From Dimorphilus gyrociliatus (lineage: Eukaryota; Animalia; Annelida): a stretch of DNA of 64,000 nucleotides. The notes beneath the pieces were generated by a model. It was not told the origin of the DNA and searched no databases. It saw only the letters and a list, made by a program, of their open reading frames with translations. Numbering within the stretch: position 1 is the first letter of the stretch; each line of letters opens with the position of its first letter. Positions 1-13,747 of the stretch are shown in pieces. Position numbers and translations under genes: made by a program. Location of the stretch: positions 310,001 through 374,000 of the forward strand of contig CAJFCJ010000027.1 of NCBI GenBank assembly GCA_904063045.1, in the 5' to 3' direction.

Positions 1-259
1 TGGAATGGTGTTATGGGGCTATTTTTAATTATAAAACTGTTCTGATTGATATATACAGTATATATATATATATATATATATATATTAGTATATACCAATA
101 TACACAGTATAGACATACTGATAAATACCAAAATATATAAAATATAATAAGTGAAATTCTGATGTTCACATGTGGCTTTATAATTAACTGTCACTTATGT
201 TATATTATACTGATTCTATAAATTATTATTATTATTACTTTATATTAAGTGTTACTGAC

Positions 260-707
260 CATTAGTTACAATTTGTCGTAAACTATTAAGCCTATTCTCA
301 TTCCTTATTGGCAAGGTGTCGTAAAGTTTATCAGCTTTATTATTCCTTCTTCTCTTACTGAATGATCCTGGTAAACTTCTAGGTACAATTGTTTCATTTG
401 TAATGGGGCTTCCTTCGATCGAATTCATCATTCTTTCATAAGGAACTAAGGCATCGAATTCTTCTATTTTCCTCAAGGGAATAAAATTTCTTATATCCTT
501 GAATAAGTCCATTTTAGCCGGTGTATCCAGTAAATCGCATAATTCTTTAACGTATCTATTTATATTATTCATTGAATGATGCCTTTTACTTATCCGTAAC
601 AGTTTCGAACGTTCGTGATCATTAAGTAAGAATTTTGCTCGATTCTGGAAAATTGCCAATTGTTGTTGTTTGATTAAATGTTTATCCCTTGTATTAAGAG
701 TATCCAT
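260..707 (-). CDS. First coding exon of a whirlin/PDZD7 (harmonin-N-like domain) scaffold gene; the gene continues off the left edge
   Basis: The ORF contains LLNDHER...YVKELCDLLDTPAKMDLFKDIRNFIP, which resembles the harmonin-N-like helical domain of whirlin/PDZD7. It ends at RQIVTN, the expected start of PDZ1, with the donor G|GTCAGT at 260/259. I found no in-frame downstream exon inside the window. Confidence 0.65.
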
Positions 708-2952
708 TATACAGAATAAGAGGGGAATTATTATCCGAACAATATAAAATAGTTAGAAATCCTTTCCGTATTTAAGTCAACTACTATATGCTGTAATTCG
801 CTGAATTTGGCAATCCTTTAGCTCCATACTCAACGATAAACGACAACATTTCTAACTTGGCGCGTGCACAGCAACAACTGCTCATGTTCAATAAATCGAT
901 TTCAATTCGCATTTTGAATAAGGTATGCAATTATTGATTGTTAAATTCGTCTAATCTGGCAGAAAGATGTAATTGTTCAAACTGAAAAGAAAACATTTTG
1001 ATTAAGTTATTTTAAAAACCTTTCTACTGTAATTGAATTATTACTACTTTTATTGCTATTATTCTATATACTTGTTGAACTTGAATGATAGACCTATCAT
1101 GCAAATCCCATAATCTTCGAATGAGTTCTGATCTATAGGCTAAAAAAAAGAAATATTTTGTTAAAATACTAGTAAACAATGTAGAAAGAGATAATTATAA
1201 TAATCTAAAAAATGGAAATATGATATAAAGAGATTATATTTATTCGTAAAATGAACTGTACTTGTTAAGAAAGATATAAATAGTAAGAAAAAGAAACAAA
1301 CAAACAGAGAGATATGATCTTTAACTGTTAGACTTGTAGTACGTAGAGCAACAATATCTATTAGCCAAACTCTAAAGTGTTTCTGAACGTTGTATAATGT
1401 TCATACGCCTATTGGAAATCTAGAAATATGACAGCGAAGGAATGAACGGACGGACAAATGTGTAAAAATTAATAAAAGACAAAAACAACTGATAGAAATT
1501 TATACCAGATTGATTTCTATTGGTCTTTAGGACTAAACGGTGTCATTCAAAACATAACGTAGCCTATGGAGTTTATAGGTGCCAATATCAATTACTAACT
1601 AATATTGAATTGTATTAGATTCAAATTGTTGTTTATTATAAAGAGTACAATTGACATAAATTTTGTCTATTTAAGCACTTTAGTTATGAATAAATCATTG
1701 TTATTATTCAAAAACGAAAGTATACGTATTGAAAAAAAAAACGAGCCATTTACAACGAATTGCAGTTTTATTTTCGTACATTGGCGAATTATTCAGAAGT
1801 GGTATAGAGACAAAGAGAGCTAGGTAAAGGAAGTAAAAAAGTATTATCGTTCACCTTTCATATCAACTGAATAGTCGTGACCAAGAAGAACCATATAGAC
1901 TCTGTCTAACTTTCGTAAGTATTTACAATTAAATATAGTATATGTTTATATTAGAATATTTTTGCCATCATTTCATGATAATTTTACATATCCGTTCTTA
2001 AATAGACTATTTAACGTATATTTTAAATATATATACGTATATATAACTATTTCTTTCAATAAAAACAAGAACATTTTTCATTCTAGTATATAGCTATACC
2101 CAGTAGCATAGTATTTAGGGCTAGAGGAACAAATTAAGCCGAAATGAGTCTTATAATACGGAAACTATATGTTTTTCCCTCCCGTTTCTATCTATTAGTC
2201 TATGGAAAAATATTCATTATGCACGGTTTATACTATTATGAATATTCTGATAAAACATTTACTAGTTTGTGGAAAATTACATGAAGAGAATGATTAATTA
2301 AAAATTAAATACTCTAACCATTTCATTAAAATTTAACTATCTATACATTTTATTCTATTTTGTTTGTACCTTCGTCTTTGGCTTAACTAAAGATCTAATG
2401 CAAGATTTCAAGCATTTAGTATAAAATCTTTATATCCGTTTATGCATCGTTGTATAATAGAGAGGATTGAACAGTTAACGAGAAAATAAACTGGGAATAT
2501 AGATCTAAAAATAGAATAAAGCTACGTAAACAGGTAAATTTTACTTAAGTTTAGAGAATTAAGTTATTATCTATTTCTTGAGTGCCTTTAATTCTAATGT
2601 ATGACAAATATATTGTACCTGTAAAATACTATACATATTGAGAGTGTTATAGTTATTAGTAATGTTGGTGAGAGAATCACGCCCTTTAGAGATAGAGATA
2701 GAGATAGAAAGAAAGAGAGAGAGAGAAAGAGAGAGATAGAAAGTAGAAATGTAGGTAGAGAAACTGTGACTTTTATCTCAATAATGTTTTTTTTTCTTAA
2801 AGTAAATTGGTACTAGGAATTTTGTACTTTGAAAATTAAAAATACAAAAAAATTAAAGGCTTTCCTATCATCATAAAACAACTGTACAACTTACAATTGC
2901 CTATAAAACAACAAACTTTTATAGCGTATCATCGATCAAATGTATAAAACGC

Positions 2953-2966
2953 GTTGCCATAGAGAT
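2953..2966 (+). promoter_or_regulatory. RFX X-box-like motif in the divergent region between the whirlin-like gene and 5-TM gene A
   Basis: GTTGCCATAGAGAT has a perfect GTTGCC-AT half-site and a degenerate second half. It sits in a locally GC-richer island. Confidence 0.3.
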
Positions 2967-3182
2967 GCTGTGAACGCCCATTGCAGGTGTTTACTACACT
3001 CTTATTAGCGAAAAGTGCGACAGTACAGCTGAAAAATGGCTGAAAACTTGTAAAATTAACAGTTAAAGCTTTCAAAGTAGTAAGTAAAATAGAAAATAAT
3101 CGATTAATTAAAAATAAACTTGAATGGTGAATAATTCTTAATGACTAACAATGTCAAACATATGTATACATGTGAGAGTAAG

Positions 3183-3185
<3 letters not shown>

Positions 3186-3222
<37 letters not shown>
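3186..3222. repeat. (TA)n microsatellite
   Basis: Pure TA run, followed by further interrupted TA tracts to about 3640. Confidence 0.95.
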
Positions 3223-3226
<4 letters not shown>

Positions 3227-3656
3227 GTATGTATGCTTACATTTTTGGCATATGTTTCAATGTATATTACGTAGATATGTGTGATTTGTTTTTCTTTTTT
3301 CACTTTAGATGTAAGAACTGGAAGAGCAACGCCAAAAGGATAAATAACCAAAAAAATATATACCTAAATATTATATATATATATATGTAGATGTATATAT
3401 AAATATATATGTAAAGTATATACATATACATATATATATATATATCTATATATATATATATATATATGTGTATGTGTGTATGCTAACATACATATACATA
3501 TATTCTGACAGAGAGCATAATAAAGACTATATTATAAATATATACATAGATAGAAAGATAGATAGATAGTTTCTAATATAATTATACATATATGTATATA
3601 TAACAGAATATATATATGTATTTGTATATTTATATATTTTTGTATATGAAAACAAC

Positions 3657-4814
3657 ATGCCTAGGGATATTTCAACACCTGTTATGAGGAAAATTTATAC
3701 TAAATCGGCCATCCAAAGAGCCTGCGCCGGTTTACAACCAGTAGTAATAAAATCTACAGGAAAATTAAAAAAATTCTATTCAGGATTTACGCAAATTTCA
3801 ACTGTAATGGCAATAAATATTTTCCTAAGTAGCCTTACGCTCTTAACTGATTGGTTAATTTGGAGAGAGATGAATATCAGTCAAATGTTAAACAATAGGA
3901 GAATGGAAGGAATTATGATGGAATTGGTGATTCTAGCCTGTTGCTTCTCGGCAATTTGCTATGCAGCAGATTTTGTATGGAGTATTTGGGTTCTATGCGT
4001 CTATAGGAAAAAAGTCAGATATGAAACTGATGGACTTGCTTTGAAAGCGAATTTCAGCCATAAGTTTGTAACTTACCTACATTACATGGTATACTCTCTA
4101 ATTGGTCAGTTGCCTTTCTATATCATCCTGATAATATCTCAAGCTCTTTATGGATGTAATTTTATATGGTTCCAAAAAGAGTTTATTTTTACGATAAACT
4201 TTGCATTCCTATGTATTAACGTTATTTGGAAGATATGCATCATATTTTACTATCACTTTGAAATTCTACAGTCAAAAAGCCATCAGGTATGGTTGTGTAA
4301 AACTTTAACCATTCTACTTCTAATGCTGGTCGTTGGAGTGGCTTTTTTCAACCTAATATTGTACACCAGCGTTCTTAATGATAAAATATCGAAAAGCAAT
4401 CAAAAGGAAAAGATATTCAAAGCGATTGCTTTAAGGAAAAGGTTGAAGGATGAAAAACTTCAACTATCAAGGGGAAATGTAACAAATATAGTTGATTTTG
4501 AAGAACTAATTAAACACGATGAATATATAATAAAGAGAACATGCGATAAAAATATGCAATCCTTCTCTAATCTTGAAACATGCCAATCAGTCACGTTTTG
4601 TTTTAAACTTCATTTTAAAACAAATTTATTGAGTATCCATTACTCGTATTTGATTCACTCTGAAAAAGCAGATGAACTGCGTACAAATGTTCGAGAGTCA
4701 AATTTGCACTATTATATGCATTGGAAATTAGGTAATGATGTGACAAACTGTAATACTGCATTACTATACAACGAAAGTCTAACAAGTAAATTATGCACCA
4801 CTGATTTATTTTGA
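3657..4814 (+). CDS. Uncharacterised multi-pass membrane protein A (about 5 TM plus a Cys-containing C-terminal ectodomain), 385 aa, intronless CDS
   Basis: Long ORF in AT-rich DNA with five hydrophobic segments. The C-terminal region has Cys residues and NVT/NES sequons. It is colinear with the protein at 40447-42173. Confidence 0.85.
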   Translation: MPRDISTPVMRKIYTKSAIQRACAGLQPVVIKSTGKLKKFYSGFTQISTVMAINIFLSSLTLLTDWLIWREMNISQMLNNRRMEGIMMELVILACCFSAICYAADFVWSIWVLCVYRKKVRYETDGLALKANFSHKFVTYLHYMVYSLIGQLPFYIILIISQALYGCNFIWFQKEFIFTINFAFLCINVIWKICIIFYYHFEILQSKSHQVWLCKTLTILLLMLVVGVAFFNLILYTSVLNDKISKSNQKEKIFKAIALRKRLKDEKLQLSRGNVTNIVDFEELIKHDEYIIKRTCDKNMQSFSNLETCQSVTFCFKLHFKTNLLSIHYSYLIHSEKADELRTNVRESNLHYYMHWKLGNDVTNCNTALLYNESLTSKLCTTDLF

Positions 4815-7305
4815 ATATCATCAGATTTTCAAGACATGCAGCGCATGTTAAGTTATTCTTTCAAGTCTTATGCTAATAGAATTCAAACTATATGTTCACA
4901 TTCTTTGCTTTATTCACTTAAATAATGTATAACAAAGGATTTTTAGTTAATATTTAAAAGTTTTGTTGTGATTTAGTTCCATTTCGCTTTTACTTTTTGC
5001 TTTATCTGTGCTAAAGGATTTTTCTCTCTCTATCTTTCTCTTTTATTCTTTGCAATTTGTTGCCTTTCTAACGTATTAATTTATTCTCATCTGTGAGAAA
5101 GATACTTCTTTGTATTGAACAATTCAACTATTCAATTCTGTGTCATGTAAACCTTAGTTATAACATTATTATTATTGTTATTGTTAATATGACAAATATG
5201 AATTAACGAAGCATACATATGTATTCATAATTGAATATTCTGTGTGCTATTTCATTGTCAATTATCACTTTGTCCAACACTATTTTTTTAAATAAAAAAC
5301 GATGAAGCATTTCTATTCCATCGTTAATCGTCATACGAATCTCAATGAGAGATATTGATTAGAGGATCAATATCGTTCTCTTTCTCACTCTCAAATTTTT
5401 ACACAATGTAGTCGATAACTGATTTATTGCAATTTAATAATAACTATGAGCCGATAACGCCGATAGCGATCACTTTTCGTCTGACTGATTTAAGGCCAAA
5501 AAGGCTTTATTATTGTAAAATCTGTTTGATAAAACTCTTTTATTCGATAGTAATAGCAAATTATTTTTGTCCAATTACCCCTAACCAAGGTTAAATTTAT
5601 TATCCCTCTTTAAATATTTTCTGACCCACATACGAGTACAACTATATACATATATATATAACGTTATATTTGTTGTAATACAGTTGTATAAATATTGTAT
5701 TCGTTATATTATACTCAAAGGAACATATGTATTTATAAAAGTGTTGTACACAATATTATTGTGAATTATTGATAACAAGGGCTATGTTATCAAAATGGTT
5801 ATAAACAATAGTTTAAGAAGAGAAACAAAGTGTTACATACTGAAATGATCGATTATACAAAATGTTATTTTTCTAGATACGTAAACTAGTATATTTTTAG
5901 TGTCGATATGACAGATAATTAAAAATATTTCCTGCAAAGTCGCATACATTGTTTATTAACGTTCTTTAAGGTAAATTATTAAAAACCTTTTAATCTATTG
6001 TCTAATATATCTATGTATATATTGCATATATAGATACATATCTACATATATTAGTATATATAACATAAAGAGAGATAGAGAAAGAGAGAGAGAAATGCAT
6101 AAACGCAGATGCTTTACTAATCACATAAAAACGTAAATGTCGTCGAAAATCAAGAGAATTAATTATCTGTAGCTTTCTCAATAGCTGTCCTATAATTACA
6201 ACAAGAAATTTGATAGTATTTGATATTGGTATATTAATCTTTTTAAAAGGAATTCAACGCAAACATGTAAGCTTTGAATCAAATAATAAAGAATAACTCT
6301 TGATTTTATTTTATACCTATTAATTTATATTCTTTGGTTGAATGGGAATTTTGCCTTTTCAATTTTTCTTTTATATACAAAATATATTATATTACATATA
6401 TTCATAAATGCTTTATAAAAACTGGTAATGTACTTAATACACAGTTTATACAGTGTATGTTTGTATTGTAGATTGTTTTTCGTTTGAAAAATATGCTCTC
6501 GTTAAAAGAGTACTTTTACAAAGCATGCGCTGTATAATACAACGTGTACTAATAATCTGGCTCTATTCAATTTTCTTGAACATAATACACTTATATTACT
6601 TGTAATACCTAGTACTCATGCTCTATATACCTAACGTGTTATATGAATATTCAAAATAAAAAAAACCTCTAAAATTGATAGACTCTTTATGAAAATGTTT
6701 CTGTATGCTTAAATTACTTATTAACTAACAAACTCTCACTTTTTCTTCTCTTGTGCTTCTTTCCGTCTCCCTCCCATCTCTTGTCACCATGTAAGCTATT
6801 AATATTTAATACAAATTGGCTGTTTAAATCTAAAAATAGCTTGTTGATGGTTCATTTCTCCATCTACTATCTAATAATGCGTTTCTTTGTTTTTGTACAT
6901 TTTTCCCTATCTGTTGAATATTCATTAGAAATTGTATTGCAACTTCAAATAATTCAATGTTTAGAACTTTTTTTCTTTAATTATGTCTTTTTTAATGCAA
7001 TATGATAATAAATAAAGGGGAAACTTAGTTATTTAATACTATAAACTATTTTTAATATCATACCAAATTAATGTAGACTCTATCAGTTTTCAATATGTTC
7101 CTCCACTCAAAAATCGTCATTTTATTTAATCTAAATAATTAACAAACAGACAAGAACAGGAATAATACGGTGGAAAAGATTACGTTTTTCTAAGTGTTCA
7201 TAACGTCATATTAGTGTTTTTCTAAGGTTGCACATATACATATACACATATAGATGGTATACTTGGCTTTTATCCATATACAGATGGTGGTTTGAAGGTA
7301 GCATT

Positions 7306-7635
7306 CTACTTCAGAAAACTGATGTTTGCTTCATTAGGATTTTTGCAGTACGTCAACCATTCTTTTGTATTACACTTATGAACGCAACACTCACAGGTTA
7401 TTGACCCTTTTCTTTCCGCTTTTAACAAAGCAAAAGCGTTCGATTTCTTTATAAAGTGAACGTTGGAGCGTTTACTAACGTTGTTTGGTCCACAAATTGT
7501 ATTAAGTGTGCTAGCAATCATCTTGCTACAATCTACTCTTTGTTCAACAGACAAAATATCCGCCACAGTACACTTTTGTTCATAAGCGAGAGCAATCATA
7601 GGTAAAAAGAGTAAAAACAGCTTAATCCCGATCAT
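7306..7635 (-). CDS. Insulin-like peptide precursor with 8 Cys (molluscan-insulin/4-disulfide type), intronless CDS
   Basis: Signal peptide MIGIKLFLLFLPMIALA. B chain QKC...DCSKMIASTLNTICG. Dibasic KR and RK sites flank a short C peptide. A chain GSITCECCVHKCNTKEWLTYC matches CCxxxCxxxxxxxxC. Confidence 0.93.
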   Translation of the reverse strand: MIGIKLFLLFLPMIALAYEQKCTVADILSVEQRVDCSKMIASTLNTICGPNNVSKRSNVHFIKKSNAFALLKAERKGSITCECCVHKCNTKEWLTYCKNPNEANISFLK

Positions 7636-8597
7636 GATTTTCCTCTGAAATGTTGAGTATTTAATAGATTAGATAGAATAAAATTTTATCTCGTATTAAT
7701 AACACTTCTTTTACAGTTTTCTTCTTGATATCTTCTTTTCCGTTGTTTGTTGATTATAAAGTATGTATTTATTTCATATGTATATACAGTATATATAAAG
7801 TATATAAATATTATATATAATACTACCAAGTCTTTCTATCAAAAACTTAAAAGACTAACTGAACGAAACTTCTGTGCAACTATAAGCTTATATTCATAGT
7901 TGAGTAGTTGTCTTTTTCAGTCTGTATAATTTGTAACTGTTACTTTTATTATATATACTTTATATGTATTTAATATATAAGGCTATAATACTGAATTGAA
8001 CTTTGCACTAGAAAAATGTTTTTAGACAACAAAAGAAAAATTATCATTTTTTTTAATCTTTTTTTTTATTTAGTTTTGCAAATCTCAGCAAATTTTTTTT
8101 CAGTTAAACTAAAAATATAGTAATGAAAAATTTTAATAAGAAAAGGAAATTTAAAAAATATCCTCTTCAATTGAATTCTGTAAATTCATGAAATAATAAA
8201 TAAAATAGAAATTACTGTCCAACATCATTTTTGATCTATAAATTGTTCTTACATTGTATATAAAATAATACTTTTGCTTATACATAGTACCTTCGAAAAA
8301 AGAAAATAAGAGAAAAGGTACAAAAATGCAGATATTGAGAAAGACTAACAGAGAGAGAGAGTTTAAGAAAAGGAATAAGAAAGAGAAAAAAATGATTAAA
8401 AAACTATACTGTTGTTCGTTTAATAACCGACTGTGATCTCTTAATATAGATTTAAATACGCAAAAGTGCTAAAGTAAAATGATGATAGATTTGCTATTAC
8501 TTACCAATAAGGTTAAAAATGTTGACAGGAAATCAGCCGGTTCTAAAACTAGAAAAATATATGTACAAAAGTGCTTAAAGAGATATACTTAAATATT

Positions 8598-8630
<33 letters not shown>

Positions 8631-9308
8631 GTATATACTGTATATTTATATATAAACTATACAAATGTATTTAAATATATTTTTATATATTCTCTTAATT
8701 CTACTTCTTCAACAGCGCCTCCTACAGTTTTTTTCAGAAAAAGGATAAATGTATACTTGTTAAAGAAAAAACAAAATTAGAAAAAAAAAAAGAGGGGATT
8801 AGAAGAACATAGGAGACGACGAGATGGAAAGACTATCTTAAAATTTAACAAAATAATAAAGGAAAAGAAGTGATCATAAACATGTTAACAATGCTTTGTA
8901 CAATATATACTGTATATACAGTATAATCTATTTCTTTTAATTTTAAAATAGAACCGCCTTGGAAAGCCTTATCAAAGCTTTTAAAATCGAGGTATATATT
9001 TGTAAAATGGGATATTTTATTCACCTTTTTTCTGATATGCTCATCTACTTGTTTATCATTATTCTTTATAATAGAAAACAAACTCTAGCTACTTCTATAT
9101 TCTATATTTTCACAGAGGTACTATTTTTATAAACTATGGGATATTTATGTTTAAAAGGTTAAATATACCATTGTTTATCATGTGAAATCCGTTACGTAGA
9201 TGTTAATGCTATTTTGTTACTTTATAATTTGACAGTAATTAATCAAATGCAAGTACAATACTGCAAAATGTAGGTTTTTCCTTTAAATATCGATAATTAT
9301 TATTATTT

Positions 9309-11569
9309 TTATAAAGGTTCATTTCTTAAAAACTTCATCCACATATCATATGATGGGACTGGTTTGTCAGTTGGAACGAAATGACCAGCTCCTTTAACTG
9401 TAGCATAGGTTAGATTACGATAATGCTTTGAAAAGCCGGCAATTTGTTTCGTATTATCCTCGGCAAGTGTATAGTGCCACGGTCTGTAAGGTTCAACAAC
9501 CTACCAAACAAAACAAATTATTAATAACTAGCAAAATAATGTCAATATTTTATAGTAATACTATAAAAATATATATATATATATAATATGTGCATATTTG
9601 AAAAAATAGGAGGAAAGGTAGAGAAAGGGAAGGGAGAGAGAGAGACGAGTGTTAAACGCGGGTAAAATCAGATCGAAGAGGAGGAGTTAGCCGTGGTAAA
9701 TTTCAATAGAACGATACAAAATAGTCTAAAAAGTAAGCAATTAGAAAGCAATTTTTATACCTCTAATCCGAGATCTTCGCTGAACCATAGATCTCCCCAA
9801 TGATTGCAAGCCATATCCAAATCACCGCTATATTTTAAAACTCTGTGTCCCTAGTCAAAACAAGTGTTTTTTATTGTTATTATTCATGTAGTTTAACAGT
9901 CAATAGTAAAAAAGGATATAAAAGAAGTGATATCTACCTTTTCCAAAATTTCCATATGCTGAGGTTTTAAATCCGTATATTGACGGATATATTGCGCACT
10001 TACTATAGCACTATAGGAGGAAAGAATATCTTTATTGATAGGTCTAGTATAAATTTATATGCAATAATTATATTTTTAGACGTTATTGGATATCAAAAGA
10101 CAGAGAAAGAAACTTATATTTTTTTAATTGTACCTGCAAGGCTGCCACTGCGGTAAACCATCTTTTACATGCAGTGCTCTTCTTACTTCTACATCATTCA
10201 AAAATGATTCTCTTCCAGATGAATCGGAACATGGTATTCTCGAGCGGACTTGGTAACCCTTTTTTATATAATCTCTGATATTCTAGATAAAAAGAAACAC
10301 GTCTATTATCAACAAATTATTTAATACGATAGAAACATAATACATACCTCTTGATATCTATCAATATCGAAATCTGGAGGCAGCATATCAATTGGTGCTA
10401 TTTCAATGATATTTCCTTCTTTTTTTAGAATACCATCATCATGAGAAGGGACGCCCCCAAAGCATGTATCATAGAGATTGTAAGGATTTAAACCATTTCT
10501 CCAGATTTGTCTATTTACTTCACTCGACTGATAGTGCAATAAATACAGAATTTGAAAACGAGATATTTTATCAAAATAAGACGAAATTTTCTTACAAGAA
10601 CAGCGCATTGATCATCCTCACTCCTATAGAAGTTGCAGTCAGTAGCGTTTCTATCCACGCAGCAATTGTCTAATAGGTCATTCCACATCCTACATAAGGA
10701 ATTTAATTAATTATTGACAATAAAATTTATCGTATTAAAATTTCAGTCTTGTCTTACTCGACACCAATTATTCCCCTTGAATACGCGAAATAGGTTAAAG
10801 AATTTGTCATCATTCTTCTGTTACTTACTGGATTTCCAATTGCCATTCCCTTAATTTCATTTGAAAATAATACGTATAATAATAAAAACAGACTTATTAT
10901 ACGTGTTTTGTAGATAAATGATACTAACCTTAAAGTTTAAGCTTGCGTCGTTAGCTAAAAGCACGGATAGAGTTGGTACATATACCCCAGCGTAACTTTC
11001 ACCTGTTATGTATAAGATGTTATCAACCAATTCGGGCCAACCTACAAAGAAATCTTTCATTGCGTTGTAATTATGTTCGGCAGTTTCGTCGTCGCTGGTT
11101 GCGCAATTGCTGTCGTCGTCGTATGAAAAACCAACGCAAGCTGGACTTTCCATAAATATAATATTTGCGTGTTTATTCCATCTTTCTTCGAACCAGCTTA
11201 AACGGCCTTGTTTATTGACACGCCATGGACCCAATTCGATTAGTTTACCAGTCATGGAACTGCAACCTGGACCACCATTCAACCATAAAACAACAGGATC
11301 ATTCTGTGGATCGGATTCTGATTCTACGAACCTGAATTGTTTGATAGGCATTAATTATTAATGGAAATTGAATGTACTGGTCATTTTGTATTGCTATACC
11401 AGTAGAAAAAATTTCTTTTATCGGTGGCTTTCAAATAGCCGGCGTAATGCCTGAACGTAGGTTGAGGACCGTCCAATCTAGGCAGGAAGGTGACCCTATC
11501 ATCTTCTCTGGCGGCAAATATACCGTTGATAGCTATGAATAGCAAACAAAATATATTGAAACAATTCAT
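9309..11569 (-). CDS. CTSA: Serine carboxypeptidase S10, cathepsin A/lysosomal protective protein-like, 9 exons, 480 aa
   Basis: Exons 11569-11400, 11331-10929, 10849-10758, 10689-10596, 10527-10348, 10282-10134, 10010-9938, 9850-9761, 9500-9309 total 1443 nt, all GT-AG. Signal peptide present. Motifs WLNGGPGCSS, GESYAG (Ser), GDLDMAC (Asp) and GAGHFVP (His) give an intact triad. Confidence 0.95.
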
Positions 11570-12527
11570 AATATCGGTAGATAAATGTTCCAAAAGAAAA
11601 TCAAACCTTCTATATTAAGTATAAAGTTAACGGAGCAGATGTTTATTTCTCACGAGATTAATATTTGTATCATCGAAAGTAGAACTTAAATATGACATTG
11701 TAATAAACAAAGACCTTGTCTAAATTTGCAAAACTGTTTTGATATTCAATTCCTTACTTTGATGAAATAGAAAGTGGATGAAATAATGAGGGGAATGCTT
11801 CGACTTACTGTATGAAATGTATCTGTCAATTACATTATTAAAATATACAAGCATCACCAAAATCCTATATGATCAGACTAACTTTCGGTTGTTTTCCGTA
11901 TCTAACATATCTAATTGCGGAATGTTTTTACCCGATACCTTATTTACCATGAAGCTAGTCGCCTTCTGTATTTCACAGTTCCTTCCCTTACTTCATCAAA
12001 CTAAATATGTATTTGTAGATACGCTGTACGCATACAACAAAGGATTACAAAAAAAGAATTGGATAATCTCTTCATTATCATGAATAGAAGAACAAATTGA
12101 AGTAATTTTTTGCAGGTTGAAAATGTTACATATTCTTTGAAAAATACAAGAAAATCTGACAAATTACATGTTATTTTATATTCAATATTCTATAACAATT
12201 ATATTCAACCTTTCAAGATAATTTCAATCTTTTTCAGATTATCAAAAGTAATTTTAATGCTAACAATGCTTTGATGTGTTATTATACTTCTATAAAACTA
12301 TTAATTAACCTATTAGATAACAAGTCAATTTCTAATAGATTTACGTTAATTAAACGTATAAATGTAGGTATTTAATTAGAATATTGTCATTTTTTCATGA
12401 ATGCTTTTAATGTAAATGATAGTTTGAACTATATTTTCCATCTTAAGGCTGATATTTTACTTCAATATTACATTGGCAATAGTAAAGTTATAGAATTCCT
12501 TATCTCTTCCTCTTTACATAGAAGAAC

Positions 12528-13747
12528 ATGGAATTGAATGAATTTGGTAAAGTAGAATGCTTCTTTTTCTTTTATACAAACAACACTTTATTTAAATTAT
12601 TCTTTCTATCAATTTGTCCTTGACAGTAGAAAATTCAACGGTTCTGGAAGAAAATTCTAAAGATGTTATATATTTGGATGAGATTTCGGCAGCTAAATTA
12701 TTATATAAAGAATCTAGTAAAGCATTGTTAACCATTGTTATGCCATTCATCCTGGGATTGGGTTTAGTAACTAATCTATCGTTTATATTCGTATTCGTAA
12801 GAATTCCTAGAATTCGAAACGTAACTACAATGTATCTTATAAATTTGGCTTGCAGCGATATGACTTATTTATCATTTGTAATCGGAGATAAAATTCTTAG
12901 ATATTCTTCATCTCCTTTTTCGGCAGATTATAGTGCTTGGGGTGAATATGGTTGTAAATTAATAACGGGCGTTATATTTATTCCGCATTATATATCTGAA
13001 TTTACCATTACCCTTTTCACAGTTGAACGTTATATAACGATTTGTCAACCATTAAAAAGAGCTTACTTTTGTAGTAGAACCAGAACTTTAATATTTATTG
13101 CATGTGTGTGGCTATTATCGTTTGCATTATCAATACCGTGTCTGTATTTTATTGAAGGGAGAATGTTTAATATTATATGGACATCTTCAAACACTGATTA
13201 TGAAAGACCGTCAAAATATCTAAAATGCGGTGTGAGACCAGTAAAGTTCACTGGAGGTTTAACATTACAATGTTACGCTCTTCAAACTATTCCATTCTTT
13301 TTTACCTTTATCGTTACCGGAATATTAAATATAATAATGATAAGAGAGTTAAATGAGAGTGCGAAAACGTCTATAAGCTTGGGAGCTGATAAAAAAGCCA
13401 AGAGTGTTACTGAACGAAAAGATATTATTAAAATGTTGGTTGTTACGTCATTAATATTTTATTCCTTCGTATTACCTTACTTTATAGATGATCTTATTAA
13501 CGCAGTCACGTATCTAGGTGATTGGAAAACAATTAAATTACCAACCGATTTTTTGCAATTGGCAAGATTCTTAGCCTATACAAATTCGGCAATAAATCCT
13601 ATTATTTACGGAGCTGTTAGCTCAAGATACAGACAAGCTTTTATGGAAGCTTTCTGTCCATTTTTATCATCGAATTCAACTTCTACAATTGATAATAGAG
13701 TCAATACAGTACATGATAATGATACAGCGGACAATACTTATATGTAG
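12528..13747 (+). CDS. Class A (rhodopsin-like) peptide GPCR, TRH-receptor/GHSR-like, 379 aa
   Basis: Exon 12528-12546 (MELNEF, donor G|GTAAAG) joins exon 12627-13747. Seven TM segments. Motifs YLINLACSD, VERY (DRY variant), LAYTNSAINPIIY (NPxxY), and Cys in ECL1 and ECL2. Confidence 0.93.

Noticed and set aside
3151-3390. Short track ORFs rich in IY/YI repeats (also 16660-16860, 42594-42800, 43462-43659, 60871-61104)
   Set aside because: They are translations of (TA)n or (CT)n microsatellites, with no domain or splice support.
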